Shown here in pieces: positions 29,917 through 39,949 of a stretch of 64,000 bases of DNA (positions are counted from its first letter, which is position 1; the number at the start of each line of letters is the position of its first letter). The notes under the pieces were generated by a model. The model had not been told where the DNA came from and ran no database searches. It was given only the letters and a program-made list of their open reading frames with translations. This DNA is from Candidatus Heimdallarchaeota archaeon (GTDB taxonomy: Archaea > Asgardarchaeota > Heimdallarchaeia > Heimdallarchaeales > Heimdallarchaeaceae), in contig JAHLWR010000009.1 in assembly GCA_019057815.1 (NCBI GenBank), positions 67,858 through 131,857 of the forward strand. Reading direction: 5' to 3'. The position numbers and the translations under genes were made by a program.

Positions 29917-30279
29917 TTAATCTTGACGTAAACCCAGTTTTTCAATAATTTCAATTCTTCTTTTTGCCAAATGGAAGAACATTTCAGATATTTCTTTGGT
30001 TTTGCTTAAATCAGGATCAAAAATTAACAAATCCTTATAGTATTTAGAAATGGGAAGATCAGTTGATGCAAATTCTTCTGCTAGATATTTTGCTTCCTTA
30101 TAATCTTGATTCATAAGATGATAAGAGAATAGTAAGTTTTTATGCGCTTTAAGATCTTCAATAGGTATCAAGTCCAAATTTATCAGAAGTATCCAGGAGA
30201 GAATATCAAATAATTTAGGTTCACATTTATCGCAAATCTTCTTTAAATCGACATATCTATCTTCAGTTACAGTACTCAT
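29917..30279 (-). CDS. Hypothetical protein
   Basis: ORF only. Confidence 0.4.
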   Translation of the reverse strand: MSTVTEDRYVDLKKICDKCEPKLFDILSWILLINLDLIPIEDLKAHKNLLFSYHLMNQDYKEAKYLAEEFASTDLPISKYYKDLLIFDPDLSKTKEISEMFFHLAKRRIEIIEKLGLRQD

Positions 30280-30319
30280 GGTATCACAACCAAATATAAA
30301 TTACAGAAAATTTACCTAC

Positions 30320-31582
30320 TTAAATATTTTCGCCTTTACAAGTGGCTTTTTCTCCCTTCTCTTCTTTTTCATCATAGTCATTCTTATCTTTTTTTGTTTT
30401 GAATATTCGTAAACTTACAAAATATACTGGTAATACATACGCTACTGCCCATACAATATCTATCAGGTAGTGATGATTCAACCATAAAGCTGAAAACCAC
30501 ATTCCTATAGGCCATAAGAGTACAATGTAACCTACTCTTCTCCATTTTCTTATTGCAAAAAAAGCTACTATCAATGCATAAGCGCTATGGATACTTGGAA
30601 CAGCTGCATATTGATTTGAGCTAAGAGCTCCATAAAGAGTCTGAAATATAGCTAAACCTGATAATTTATCTAGATCGAGTAATCCAGCAGCACTTCCTTC
30701 TTCTCCTGGTAAGGGTGCTACGAAATTAAAACCGTTTCCTTCGTTCCAAACATACCAAGGGGCTGCTGTTGGAAAAAGTATGAAGGTTATATAAGCGATA
30801 TGTGATGTGAAAAACATAGTATAGACAAACCGCTTGAACTCAGTTTTATCTTCTACTTTCCTATACAAAAACACACCAATAACTAGTGGTCCAGTAAAAT
30901 GATTAGCATAAAATATCCCTGCAAGTATATTCAAGAATTTAACTAAATTTGTTTGTGTTTCCACAAAAACTATAGGTCCTGTTCGATTGATTAAATTAAG
31001 GACATTTACATATTCTAGAAAACCTTCTTCTGGTCTAATCTGTTTGAATTCCATGAAAGTAAAAGGGATGATGTCTTCTCCCATAAACCAGCCAGTTAAC
31101 CATACTTCCATATCAAATACTTCTTTAACATATACTCGATGAGCTAAAGAGTCAGTTATTACTCTTAACATATCGTAACTTATCCATATTAAGATAAAAG
31201 GTCCCCAGTAAAGGATGAATTTTCTAGCATCTCCAAAAAACACTGCAAGAATTAAGCAAGAAACAAGAGCATGATCAATACGAAAACCCATAAGGAAAAC
31301 AGCTAATAATAGATAAACAATGACTATAATAATACCAAAAAAACGCATGTACATCTTTTGTTTCTTTATATCTAGATTACTCCACCATATTTCAGTTCTC
31401 TCGTAAGGATATTTGATTTTCTGAAAGAAAGTTAGGGCAACACCATCTTGTTTTATATCAGTGTCTAAACCATTAGAATTAGAATCTTCACGAAGTTGAG
31501 TAGATGGTTCTTCTATTAAAGTGTCTTCCATGCTGTTCAGAGTTACTGTAATGCTCCCATACTTAAGATAATCGAAAGACAT
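30320..31582 (-). CDS. PAP2_3/Aur1-like membrane protein (inositol-phosphorylceramide-synthase-type PAP2 superfamily)
   Basis: PSIH (PSGH-like) and NHHYLIDIV (HxxxD) lie in the C-terminal membrane domain; polytopic. Confidence 0.55.
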   Translation of the reverse strand: MSFDYLKYGSITVTLNSMEDTLIEEPSTQLREDSNSNGLDTDIKQDGVALTFFQKIKYPYERTEIWWSNLDIKKQKMYMRFFGIIIVIVYLLLAVFLMGFRIDHALVSCLILAVFFGDARKFILYWGPFILIWISYDMLRVITDSLAHRVYVKEVFDMEVWLTGWFMGEDIIPFTFMEFKQIRPEEGFLEYVNVLNLINRTGPIVFVETQTNLVKFLNILAGIFYANHFTGPLVIGVFLYRKVEDKTEFKRFVYTMFFTSHIAYITFILFPTAAPWYVWNEGNGFNFVAPLPGEEGSAAGLLDLDKLSGLAIFQTLYGALSSNQYAAVPSIHSAYALIVAFFAIRKWRRVGYIVLLWPIGMWFSALWLNHHYLIDIVWAVAYVLPVYFVSLRIFKTKKDKNDYDEKEEKGEKATCKGENI

Positions 31583-31694
31583 TCAATATTTTCTTCTATT
31601 ACACTTTTTATGTACTATCGAATAGAAGTATATCATCTTAAAATCAGAGTATTGATACAGAATCTTTTTTACTATTGTCAACCACTACCATTTC

Positions 31695-33269
31695 ATGAGG
31701 ATTGTCGTAATCTCTGACACTCACATTGGAGGAAGATTCGACGAAATGGTCTTTTACGATGGAGTAAAAATCGTTAATTCGTTAAAATGTGATTATTTAA
31801 TACATTGTGGTGATCTAACAAACGATGGCACCTTAGCACAATACGAAGTCGCTAAATTATATCTAGAAACAATTACCAAAAAACCTTTTTTAATTGTTCC
31901 TGGTAATCACGATACTAAGAACGTTGGAGATTTACTTTGGGAGGAAATGATAGGACCTAGATATTTTGTACATGTGGATAATAAGAACAAAGTTAAAATT
32001 CTTGGTTTGGATTCTACTGAACCTGATAGTAACACTGGACGCATGGGTCCAAAAGGAATTAAACGAATCTATGAAGAATTCGGAGAATTGCCCGAGTATT
32101 GGTTGAAGGTTCTTGTTTTTCATCACCAAACATTACCTATTCCATATACTGGAAGAGAAAGAAGTGCTATTAATGATGCTGGTGATGCAGTTAAAGCTAT
32201 TCTAGATTGCAATATTCATATTGTTATTAATGGTCATAGGCATATCAGTAATGTTTACAAGATGTCAGATGGAGCTTTACAAGCGTGGATTGTCAATTGT
32301 GGAACGCTTTCCTGCAAAAAGACAAGATACCGTGAAGGGTATTCAATGTCAGTTATTGATGTAAATAGAGCGAAGAACAATTTGATTATTCGATCAATCA
32401 TTCTCAAACATGATTCAACTAAAGAAAAGATATCCTTTAACGGTAAATTTCAAGAAGTTATACCACCTATGACGAAGGAACCTTGGGTTTCTTTAATCCA
32501 AATCGGAAATACTGACGTTTCAGCTGGAATGTTCAATACTAGAATCTTTGATAAAGCAGTTAATATAATAAACAGTCAGGAAACAGATCTGCTTATACAT
32601 TGTGGAGAAGTTACAGCTTCTTCCCATCTTTATGAATTTGAACTAGCTAAGGAGTTACTAGACCAAATTGATCATAAAAAGCTAATTGTTCCAGGAGTAA
32701 AAGATGCTTATCCTTTAGGATATGAGCTCTTTCCTGAATTTATAGGTGAAATGAATCCTTCATTTGTTGATGACAAACTACATATTTTGGGTTACAATAG
32801 TTGCATAATTGACGAGAAAGAAGGCAGATTAGGTAGAGGAAACGCTCGTGAAATTGTCGAAAAACTAGCAACAAACTCGAAAATAGGTGTAGTTGTTTTT
32901 AATCATACTATTATTCCTCTACCAAGGACTAAACATGACTCGGAGTTAATGGATGCAGGAGACGTTCTTGCATCATTAGTTAACAATAGAATAAATTTAG
33001 TGTTAACTGGAGCAAAAAACAGAGCGGGTTGTTGGCAGGTAGGTGATACCGTTTTTGCAAATGTAGGAACTTTGAGTAGCTATAACCTAACGACTAGAGC
33101 AGGAAATAGTTTTAATATGATCAACATTTTCAAGACAGACATTGGTCATTATTATGAAATTGATGAGTATCTGCTTGAGGTGAATAAAAAGCGTAATATA
33201 GGTAATTTTCATGTTTCTGACACTGTTGAACCCATGCAAGCACTAAGGAAACTGAAATATGAAGTTTAA
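31695..33269 (+). CDS. Tandem-domain calcineurin-like metallophosphoesterase
   Basis: Two copies of the D-x-H ... GD ... GNHD/GH pattern (VISDTHIGG, CGDLTNDG, GNHD; second copy HCGEV...). Confidence 0.85.
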   Translation: MRIVVISDTHIGGRFDEMVFYDGVKIVNSLKCDYLIHCGDLTNDGTLAQYEVAKLYLETITKKPFLIVPGNHDTKNVGDLLWEEMIGPRYFVHVDNKNKVKILGLDSTEPDSNTGRMGPKGIKRIYEEFGELPEYWLKVLVFHHQTLPIPYTGRERSAINDAGDAVKAILDCNIHIVINGHRHISNVYKMSDGALQAWIVNCGTLSCKKTRYREGYSMSVIDVNRAKNNLIIRSIILKHDSTKEKISFNGKFQEVIPPMTKEPWVSLIQIGNTDVSAGMFNTRIFDKAVNIINSQETDLLIHCGEVTASSHLYEFELAKELLDQIDHKKLIVPGVKDAYPLGYELFPEFIGEMNPSFVDDKLHILGYNSCIIDEKEGRLGRGNAREIVEKLATNSKIGVVVFNHTIIPLPRTKHDSELMDAGDVLASLVNNRINLVLTGAKNRAGCWQVGDTVFANVGTLSSYNLTTRAGNSFNMINIFKTDIGHYYEIDEYLLEVNKKRNIGNFHVSDTVEPMQALRKLKYEV

Positions 33270-33281
33270 AATAAAATTTGT

Positions 33282-34616
33282 TTGTATTTTACAAAAATCT
33301 TTATTTATAATAAATGGGTAAACAGTAATTTAATGGAAACAAAAATAAGCAATCACGAAAATAAAAATCCCTTTCCAGTAAAATTCAATAATATATCAGA
33401 GGAGTTTAAACCTTGGAAAGATGAAGCAGAGAAAAGAATCTTCTCTTTAGCAGCAGGGAAAAGAATTTCAAATATAGCTTTAGCAGTCATGAAAATAGGT
33501 TTTGGAAAGATTCTCTATGCAGCTAATGAACTAGGAGCTGATTTTGAAAAAGATAAACCTTACGTTATTTTTGCACCTGATGGGACTATATCTTTAAACA
33601 AAGAGAGAACTAAAAGAGGTTTCTCTTATGGATGTAATGTTCGAGCAGATTTTGGTGGAATGATTGCGACATGTAATAGTATGCCAAACGCTTGTGGTTA
33701 TACTTTCAGCGAGTTGATAGATAAACAAGATGATACTACTCTAAAAACTTGGTTGAAACAGAAACAGCTAGAACTAGGTAAAGAGTATATGCCACAATTG
33801 GGAAAAGGAAATCATTTTACAGCTGTTTATAGAGTAAGAGATATTTTGACTGGAGAAGATACTGGAAGAAGATTCGTAATGGTTCATAGCAGTGGGGGGT
33901 TAGGATCAGAATATCTATACAACTTGACATGGTTAAAAGAAGAGGAAGGATATCATGAAGTTGAAACTCCTCATGGCTCTATCTCTTTTCTAGAAGGAGA
34001 AGCTAAGAAAAGATATCTTAAGATTTATCAAGAAGGGGATAAGAAAAACGAAGAATACAGGAAAATAGTAATGAATAAACATTTTGGCAAGAAAACTTAC
34101 AAAATTCTGGAAACAATTACACATCAAGGATTATCGAAAGACGGGCGCTATCATATGTTAGGTATACAAATCCATCAAGGGTTACTTCCTATTGCTTTCA
34201 ACCCAGAAGAGGGAATACTAGTTGCAAAACCGAGACCGAATTTAACTAGAGAATTTATTGATACTTGGGAGTACAAAGAAGAAGTGGAAGCTCTAGATTT
34301 GTATAGCGAATTAACTAAAATTGATTTCTGCCCTCATGGTGGAGGTTATGAATTTAAAGTTCCTATTGAAGGATTTGAGATGTTCTTAAGTCCTGAAGGA
34401 ATAGAGAGTCTAAAAGTTCATACTTTAACACCAAAAGGTAAAAAGAAAGAACTCAGTGCGAATTATTTCCGCGAAATAAGAGAATTCTTAGCATTTAGAC
34501 GAAAACTTCCTCTGATGAGAGAAGTATACAGAGCAGGCTTAGCTGAACCTATCTTTGATTTAACTCCTCTTATGCAAGTTTACCCCTTAGTTAGTATTGT
34601 TGGAGGAACTCTATAG
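33282..34616 (+). CDS. Divergent RtcB-like (RNA 3'-phosphate ligase family) protein
   Basis: Colinear with RtcB metal/GMP-site motifs: YGCNV (compare DIGCGM), GKGNHF (GTGNHF), VHSSGGLG (HSGSRGIG), CPHGGG (CSHGAG). The N-terminal PDVH motif and the HHN motif are not obvious. Confidence 0.4.
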   Translation: MYFTKIFIYNKWVNSNLMETKISNHENKNPFPVKFNNISEEFKPWKDEAEKRIFSLAAGKRISNIALAVMKIGFGKILYAANELGADFEKDKPYVIFAPDGTISLNKERTKRGFSYGCNVRADFGGMIATCNSMPNACGYTFSELIDKQDDTTLKTWLKQKQLELGKEYMPQLGKGNHFTAVYRVRDILTGEDTGRRFVMVHSSGGLGSEYLYNLTWLKEEEGYHEVETPHGSISFLEGEAKKRYLKIYQEGDKKNEEYRKIVMNKHFGKKTYKILETITHQGLSKDGRYHMLGIQIHQGLLPIAFNPEEGILVAKPRPNLTREFIDTWEYKEEVEALDLYSELTKIDFCPHGGGYEFKVPIEGFEMFLSPEGIESLKVHTLTPKGKKKELSANYFREIREFLAFRRKLPLMREVYRAGLAEPIFDLTPLMQVYPLVSIVGGTL

Positions 34617-34666
34617 AAAATTTGTGAATTAATAAAATCACAACAATAATTAAAATGGGTTAAAAG

Positions 34667-35419
34667 ATGACTAACTATAAAAGACCTTGGAATATTGCTC
34701 ATCGAGGTTCTTCAGGAGAATATCCTGAAAATACTCTCTCGGCTTTTTGGAGTGCTGTAAACTCGAATGCAGATATCATTGAAATGGATTTACAACTAAC
34801 AGCTGATAATCAAGTAGTTGTTTTTCATGATAGAACAGTAGATAGAATCTTTAAATTGAAATCTGGAAAAAGTATTAGAGATTTTAATCTCAAGAAACTT
34901 AAGGGGTTAGATGTAGGTTCATGGTTCGTTCCTTCATTTGAAGGCTTAAAAATTCCTACTCTTAATGAAGTTTTAGAAGAATTACCTGAAGACATTTCAT
35001 TAATATTAGAAATAAAGGGAAAAGAGGATGCTCTTTTTGAAAGAATTCTCAACATGCTTGATGACTATGAAAGAAAGCTCGGTTTGGGTTATATATCTGT
35101 TAGAGATGAGTTAACGTTGACAAATGTAAGAAATTGGAATAACACCCACAAAATTGGTTTAATGCAGAAAAAGAGATCACCAGCTGAATTATTCAACGTT
35201 GTAGATGAGTTTATTGTTGAAATCATACAAATTAGATGGAAAAAATGGCAAGAAAACGATTGGAATGAATTAGAAAAAAGGAAACTTGTAGTTACAGCCT
35301 TTTATGCAGATAAAAATGCAGATTACGAATTCTTATGTTCAAGAAAAGTTAACGGGATTTTTACCAATTTTCCATCGAGACTTACTGAATTTCTTAATAA
35401 TCATAGAGCTAAAATGTAA
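34667..35419 (+). CDS. Glycerophosphodiester phosphodiesterase family protein
   Basis: WNIAHRGSSGEYPENTL and EMDLQLTADNQVVVFHD are canonical GDPD motifs. Confidence 0.85.
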   Translation: MTNYKRPWNIAHRGSSGEYPENTLSAFWSAVNSNADIIEMDLQLTADNQVVVFHDRTVDRIFKLKSGKSIRDFNLKKLKGLDVGSWFVPSFEGLKIPTLNEVLEELPEDISLILEIKGKEDALFERILNMLDDYERKLGLGYISVRDELTLTNVRNWNNTHKIGLMQKKRSPAELFNVVDEFIVEIIQIRWKKWQENDWNELEKRKLVVTAFYADKNADYEFLCSRKVNGIFTNFPSRLTEFLNNHRAKM

Positions 35420-35481
35420 ATTTATGTTCTACTTTTTAAGGTAATTATTAGGATTTTTGATTTTGAATTAGAAAGCTAATT

Positions 35482-38025
35482 TTAAGCTTTTTTAAGTTCT
35501 ATCTCGAAAATTGTCCCTTTTGGTAGATTATTCTTAACTTTAATTGAACCTCCATATTGATCTATTGTCTTTTTGACAATATAAAGACCAAGTCCTGTTC
35601 CTGCAGTAGATCCAAATCTGAAACCATGTTCAAATAATTTCTTCTTGAAATCGTCAGGTATCCCTTTACCACTATCAGCAATCTCTATAACACAGCTATC
35701 TTTTGATGAATTTATTGTTATTGAAATTGTATCCGTTTCAGAGTGTTTTAAAGCATTCCCAACAATATTATCAATTACGGATCCTAGTGCAACATCTGCC
35801 TGAGCAATTCCTTTTCCTTTAAGATCGAATTGAATACCTATGCCTGCATAATTTGAGATAACCTCTTCAGTAATATTCCTTACGTCAACTTTCACCAATT
35901 CCCTATCTCCTTTGGTGATAATTTCTTCCACTTCTTTCATTTTATCGATTAGATTTTCACTTTTAGTAGTAGTTTTTTTTGCCATGTGTAAAAACGATTC
36001 TTTATTACTATCTAGAAAAGCATCAATAGATCCATTGGTGACAACTAGGTTATTTCTAATATCATGTCGCAATATTGTATTAATAACTTTCAATTGCTCA
36101 TTTAATTCGTTTATTTTTTTGTAAGCTTCTTCTTTTTCTCTTTCATTTTTCTCTCTATCAGTAATATCTTCTATCAATCTAATAAGGTTTGATGGTTTAT
36201 CGACTGCAGTGTAAAGTTGCCATATGGTTACTTTGACAGGAATAAGCGATCCATCTTTTTTGATATATATTTTTTCAATTTCTCCAACAGATATCTCTTT
36301 ATTGAAAAATTTTTGAGTGAGTTCTCTAGTCTTTACTTTATGTTCTTCTGGAGTGATATCTTCTAATTTTGTGTCTAACAATTCTTTTGTAGAGTAACCT
36401 AGCATCTTAATTAAGGCTGGATTAACTCTTAATATTTTTCCTTCATTATCTTCAAGCGAGTACCCAAATGGTGAGTTGTTAATTACTGATAGTAGAAGTT
36501 CTTCACTTTCCTCAAGGGCTATTTCTGCTTTTTTTCTTTCTGCTATGTCTTTAAATGTAGTAATAAGCCTTCTCTCTCCAGTTACACTTTGTCCAACAAC
36601 AGAGCTGAGAGAACACCAAAAAACACTTCCATCTTTCCTCTGTTTTTGACAAACCAACTCTTGTACTTTTCCTTCTATTTCAAGCTGTTCAACAAATGCT
36701 TTTCTGTCCTTCTGATCATAATAGAACTCCTTAGCATTAGTCTGTAGGAATGCTTCTTTCGACTCTAATCCAAGCATCTTCCATAGAACTGAATTTGCAT
36801 CAATAATATTCCCCTCAAAATCAGAAAGTGCAATTCCAATTGGCACACCTTCCATAATATGGCTGATTCTTTGTTCGGATTCTTTCAATCTTTTTTCGGT
36901 TTTTTTTCCTTCAGTTATGTCGATAAATGAGGACATCATGTTGATAGGAACACCTTCCTCATCAAAAACCATACTTGTTGAGAGTTGTATATCGAAGAGT
37001 GTTTCATCCTTTTTTTTAGCAACCAACTCTCCTATCCATTTACCTTGTGTCTGTAATAATCTTATGATCTTATCAGCTTCACCATTGGTATCATACCAGA
37101 ATTCTAAAAGATGTCTTCCTAGTACTTCTGTCTTATCACTAAATCCCCACATTTCTAAAAATGTAAGATTGATATAAGTCAGCCTACCCTCAAGATCTGT
37201 AATAACTATCGCATTAATTGAAGTAGCAATGGCTTGATTTTTTAGTCTTAATTCCTTTTCAGTTTTCTTTCTTGTTGTAATATCTTCAAAAATAACTGCA
37301 AAATGATCTTTTTCTGGGGAATAAGCAGATATTGAATACCATTTTTTTGTCGTTTTAAAGAACATATCAGACTGCAGTTTTTTTCCAAATTTAGCTACTT
37401 CACCAAACTTTTGAATTAAGTTATTTTCACCACTTGCAATCATAGGGAATATTTTAGTAACTTTTTTTCCGATTATTTCTTTACTTGTCAGATTCAAGAT
37501 TTTCTCATAACTATGATTGACTCTTAAGAATTCAAAATCGATAGGTTTTCCGTCCTCATCATAAATCATTTTATGATAAGCAAAAGCGCTGGACATCTCA
37601 GAGAATAATAGTCTATATTTTTCATCACTTAATTTTTGCTCTTCCTCTACTTGTTTTCTTTTACTTATATCTCTTCCAACGGTTAAAATAAACCTCTCTT
37701 TATCAATCTCAATCAATTTACTTCGAAATTCTATTTCTAGAATAGAACCATCTTTACATATTAACTCTAATTCTTCTTGGAGTTGGCCTTTTTTGAGAAT
37801 ATTCTTCCTCAACTTCTCTAGTCTACTTCTATGTTTAGAGGATGCTATTTCAAATATCTTTTTCTTTCCTAACTCCTCTTCAGAATAACCAAGACTATCA
37901 ATAGCTTTTTTGTTTGAGAAAATTATAGAAGATTCTTCATTTATAAAAAAAATTACATCGTTTGAGTTATTAAAACATTCATTGATCATGTATTGAAATT
38001 CATTGGAAAAAGATTCAGAACTCAT
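35482..38025 (-). CDS. Multi-PAS sensor histidine kinase
   Basis: Multiple PAS repeats, a HisKA region ILRHDIRNNL, and HATPase_c GTGLGLYIVKKTIDQYGGSIKV. No response regulator adjacent. Confidence 0.9.
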   Translation of the reverse strand: MSSESFSNEFQYMINECFNNSNDVIFFINEESSIIFSNKKAIDSLGYSEEELGKKKIFEIASSKHRSRLEKLRKNILKKGQLQEELELICKDGSILEIEFRSKLIEIDKERFILTVGRDISKRKQVEEEQKLSDEKYRLLFSEMSSAFAYHKMIYDEDGKPIDFEFLRVNHSYEKILNLTSKEIIGKKVTKIFPMIASGENNLIQKFGEVAKFGKKLQSDMFFKTTKKWYSISAYSPEKDHFAVIFEDITTRKKTEKELRLKNQAIATSINAIVITDLEGRLTYINLTFLEMWGFSDKTEVLGRHLLEFWYDTNGEADKIIRLLQTQGKWIGELVAKKKDETLFDIQLSTSMVFDEEGVPINMMSSFIDITEGKKTEKRLKESEQRISHIMEGVPIGIALSDFEGNIIDANSVLWKMLGLESKEAFLQTNAKEFYYDQKDRKAFVEQLEIEGKVQELVCQKQRKDGSVFWCSLSSVVGQSVTGERRLITTFKDIAERKKAEIALEESEELLLSVINNSPFGYSLEDNEGKILRVNPALIKMLGYSTKELLDTKLEDITPEEHKVKTRELTQKFFNKEISVGEIEKIYIKKDGSLIPVKVTIWQLYTAVDKPSNLIRLIEDITDREKNEREKEEAYKKINELNEQLKVINTILRHDIRNNLVVTNGSIDAFLDSNKESFLHMAKKTTTKSENLIDKMKEVEEIITKGDRELVKVDVRNITEEVISNYAGIGIQFDLKGKGIAQADVALGSVIDNIVGNALKHSETDTISITINSSKDSCVIEIADSGKGIPDDFKKKLFEHGFRFGSTAGTGLGLYIVKKTIDQYGGSIKVKNNLPKGTIFEIELKKA

Positions 38026-38156
38026 TTTACTTACTCCTCTGATATAATTATCTACAAATTAATTCTCCACTCTATTATATATATATTATTTTACAATAGT
38101 ATAGAAAAAAGCTCAACTGAACATAGTAGAAGTTCACTTACTTAAGGTAGGTTAGT

Positions 38157-39698
38157 TCATTTAAAATAGTCTGTTTCTTCATATCCTGGAATGTTGTAAA
38201 TATATATCTTCGTTTGTTTGAATTCTGTATTTTCTGATAGTTCCTGAATATATTCATTTAACCTTGTTTCTCCTGTGCCCAAATCGCCTTCAGTATCTGC
38301 TACGCCATAAAAATGTAAAGAATTTATAGGTTCTTTTACTTTCAAAACTTCTGTTTCACCTTCAGGCATATTTGAACTTACTATCTCAGCCGATTCAATA
38401 AACATCACACCATCGACATCTCCAGAACTTGTCTTTGTAACTAAAGCAATTATACCCTTGTTCAAATATTCAGGCAAGTGGGTTTTCCTCTCCTCTATAT
38501 CAAAAAAACCATTAGCAGGTAAATCTAGTTTTTCAGTGATTTTTCTGAAAGTGTCTTTAGTTATTTCCATTGTTCTTGTTCGAGTTTTTAGAGGATAAAA
38601 TACAAACTCTAAATTCTGTTTCGTTATATCTTTATCATTTAATTCAACCTTAATAGCTGGAGGAAAAAGGTCAAACATAATTTCTCCTTCGGTAAATCCT
38701 AGAGATGTCAAGCTATTTAACTCGATTAGAGATGCGACTAATTCTTCTTCTTCAGAAGTTACGGTTAACACTTTTTGAAGAATCTGATCAGCATATACCT
38801 TCGCTTTTTCTATTTTAGTCACATTATAGAAACTACTAAAAGCGCTATTTATTGTTAAGAAAAGCAAGTTTTTCTCTGTTCTAGACTGATTTTCAATTTT
38901 AGCTATTAATTGATTGATTTTATTGAAGAGAGTATCTAGATCTTCTTTATATTTGAATGCAAGTGTTTCTAAAGTATATAATAGAGGATTTTGATCCTTA
39001 TACTGTAAAAGTGCCAGTAATGGTCTTTCCATAATTAGAGAATCAAATAATTCTTCTACTAGATTTAATAACTGTGGATAAGCTGTAAAAAGTTCGTTTT
39101 TTGTTTTACTGTCCCATATTGGCATAACACTAAGTAAAGCAGCTATATTATCATAATCTGTAAGCTCAAAAAGTTTAGCACTAACATTTAATATTGTAAG
39201 TCTAACCAATTCTTCACTCATTCGATAACCTTGTTGAATAGAGAATATTTCTCCTCTTTTTCCTGCAGAATAGAAATATTGTACAACCTTTAGTAACTCC
39301 TTTGATCTTTTCTCTTCCCAGAGCATTTTTATTACTTCAAGTCTCTTTTGAAGAGCTTGCACAAGAATCTGTAATTTTCTCCCCTCTTCTGATTCAGTAG
39401 CATATTGATTTAACAAATCTTGAACATCACTCATCAATTCAGCAATTTTACGATCTTTTTCTTGTTCTTCTCTTCTTCTAGCTTCAGCTAAGCGTTCTTG
39501 TTCTTCAAATTCAGCAAGTTCAGCTTGTTTAGCTTTTTCTTTGTTAGCTTCAATTGTATTCATGTCTTCCAAGCCATCAATAGAGCTGATTTCAACTGAT
39601 TCTATCGAAAAATCATCTAATTTATCTAATTCTTCATATTTTTCTTCATCAACATCCTCTAACTTGTCAGATTCACGTTCTTCACTCATAACAACCAA
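38157..39698 (-). CDS. Hypothetical protein with a highly acidic coiled-coil N-terminus
   Basis: ORF only. Weak resemblance of the C-terminal approximately 100 aa to roadblock-like folds; not supported further. Confidence 0.45.
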   Translation of the reverse strand: MVVMSEERESDKLEDVDEEKYEELDKLDDFSIESVEISSIDGLEDMNTIEANKEKAKQAELAEFEEQERLAEARRREEQEKDRKIAELMSDVQDLLNQYATESEEGRKLQILVQALQKRLEVIKMLWEEKRSKELLKVVQYFYSAGKRGEIFSIQQGYRMSEELVRLTILNVSAKLFELTDYDNIAALLSVMPIWDSKTKNELFTAYPQLLNLVEELFDSLIMERPLLALLQYKDQNPLLYTLETLAFKYKEDLDTLFNKINQLIAKIENQSRTEKNLLFLTINSAFSSFYNVTKIEKAKVYADQILQKVLTVTSEEEELVASLIELNSLTSLGFTEGEIMFDLFPPAIKVELNDKDITKQNLEFVFYPLKTRTRTMEITKDTFRKITEKLDLPANGFFDIEERKTHLPEYLNKGIIALVTKTSSGDVDGVMFIESAEIVSSNMPEGETEVLKVKEPINSLHFYGVADTEGDLGTGETRLNEYIQELSENTEFKQTKIYIYNIPGYEETDYFK

Positions 39699-39949
39699 TC
39701 CAATTGAAACTTGTATTCATTAAGCAATAAATATACAAATATCATGTAGGAGCTCTTGATATATATCTGTTATTGCACAAAGTGGACAATTGTCAACTTA
39801 ACACTTTCAATATCATTAGGTTTGTTAATAAAAGCCATATCATTTAGATTCATTACAATTCTGTGAGTTAGGATTTTTCTGTAATTTAAATTCTACACTA
39901 TTAAGTGTACAACTGATTTACAATTCTAAAATCAAAATAGTGACAAGCT

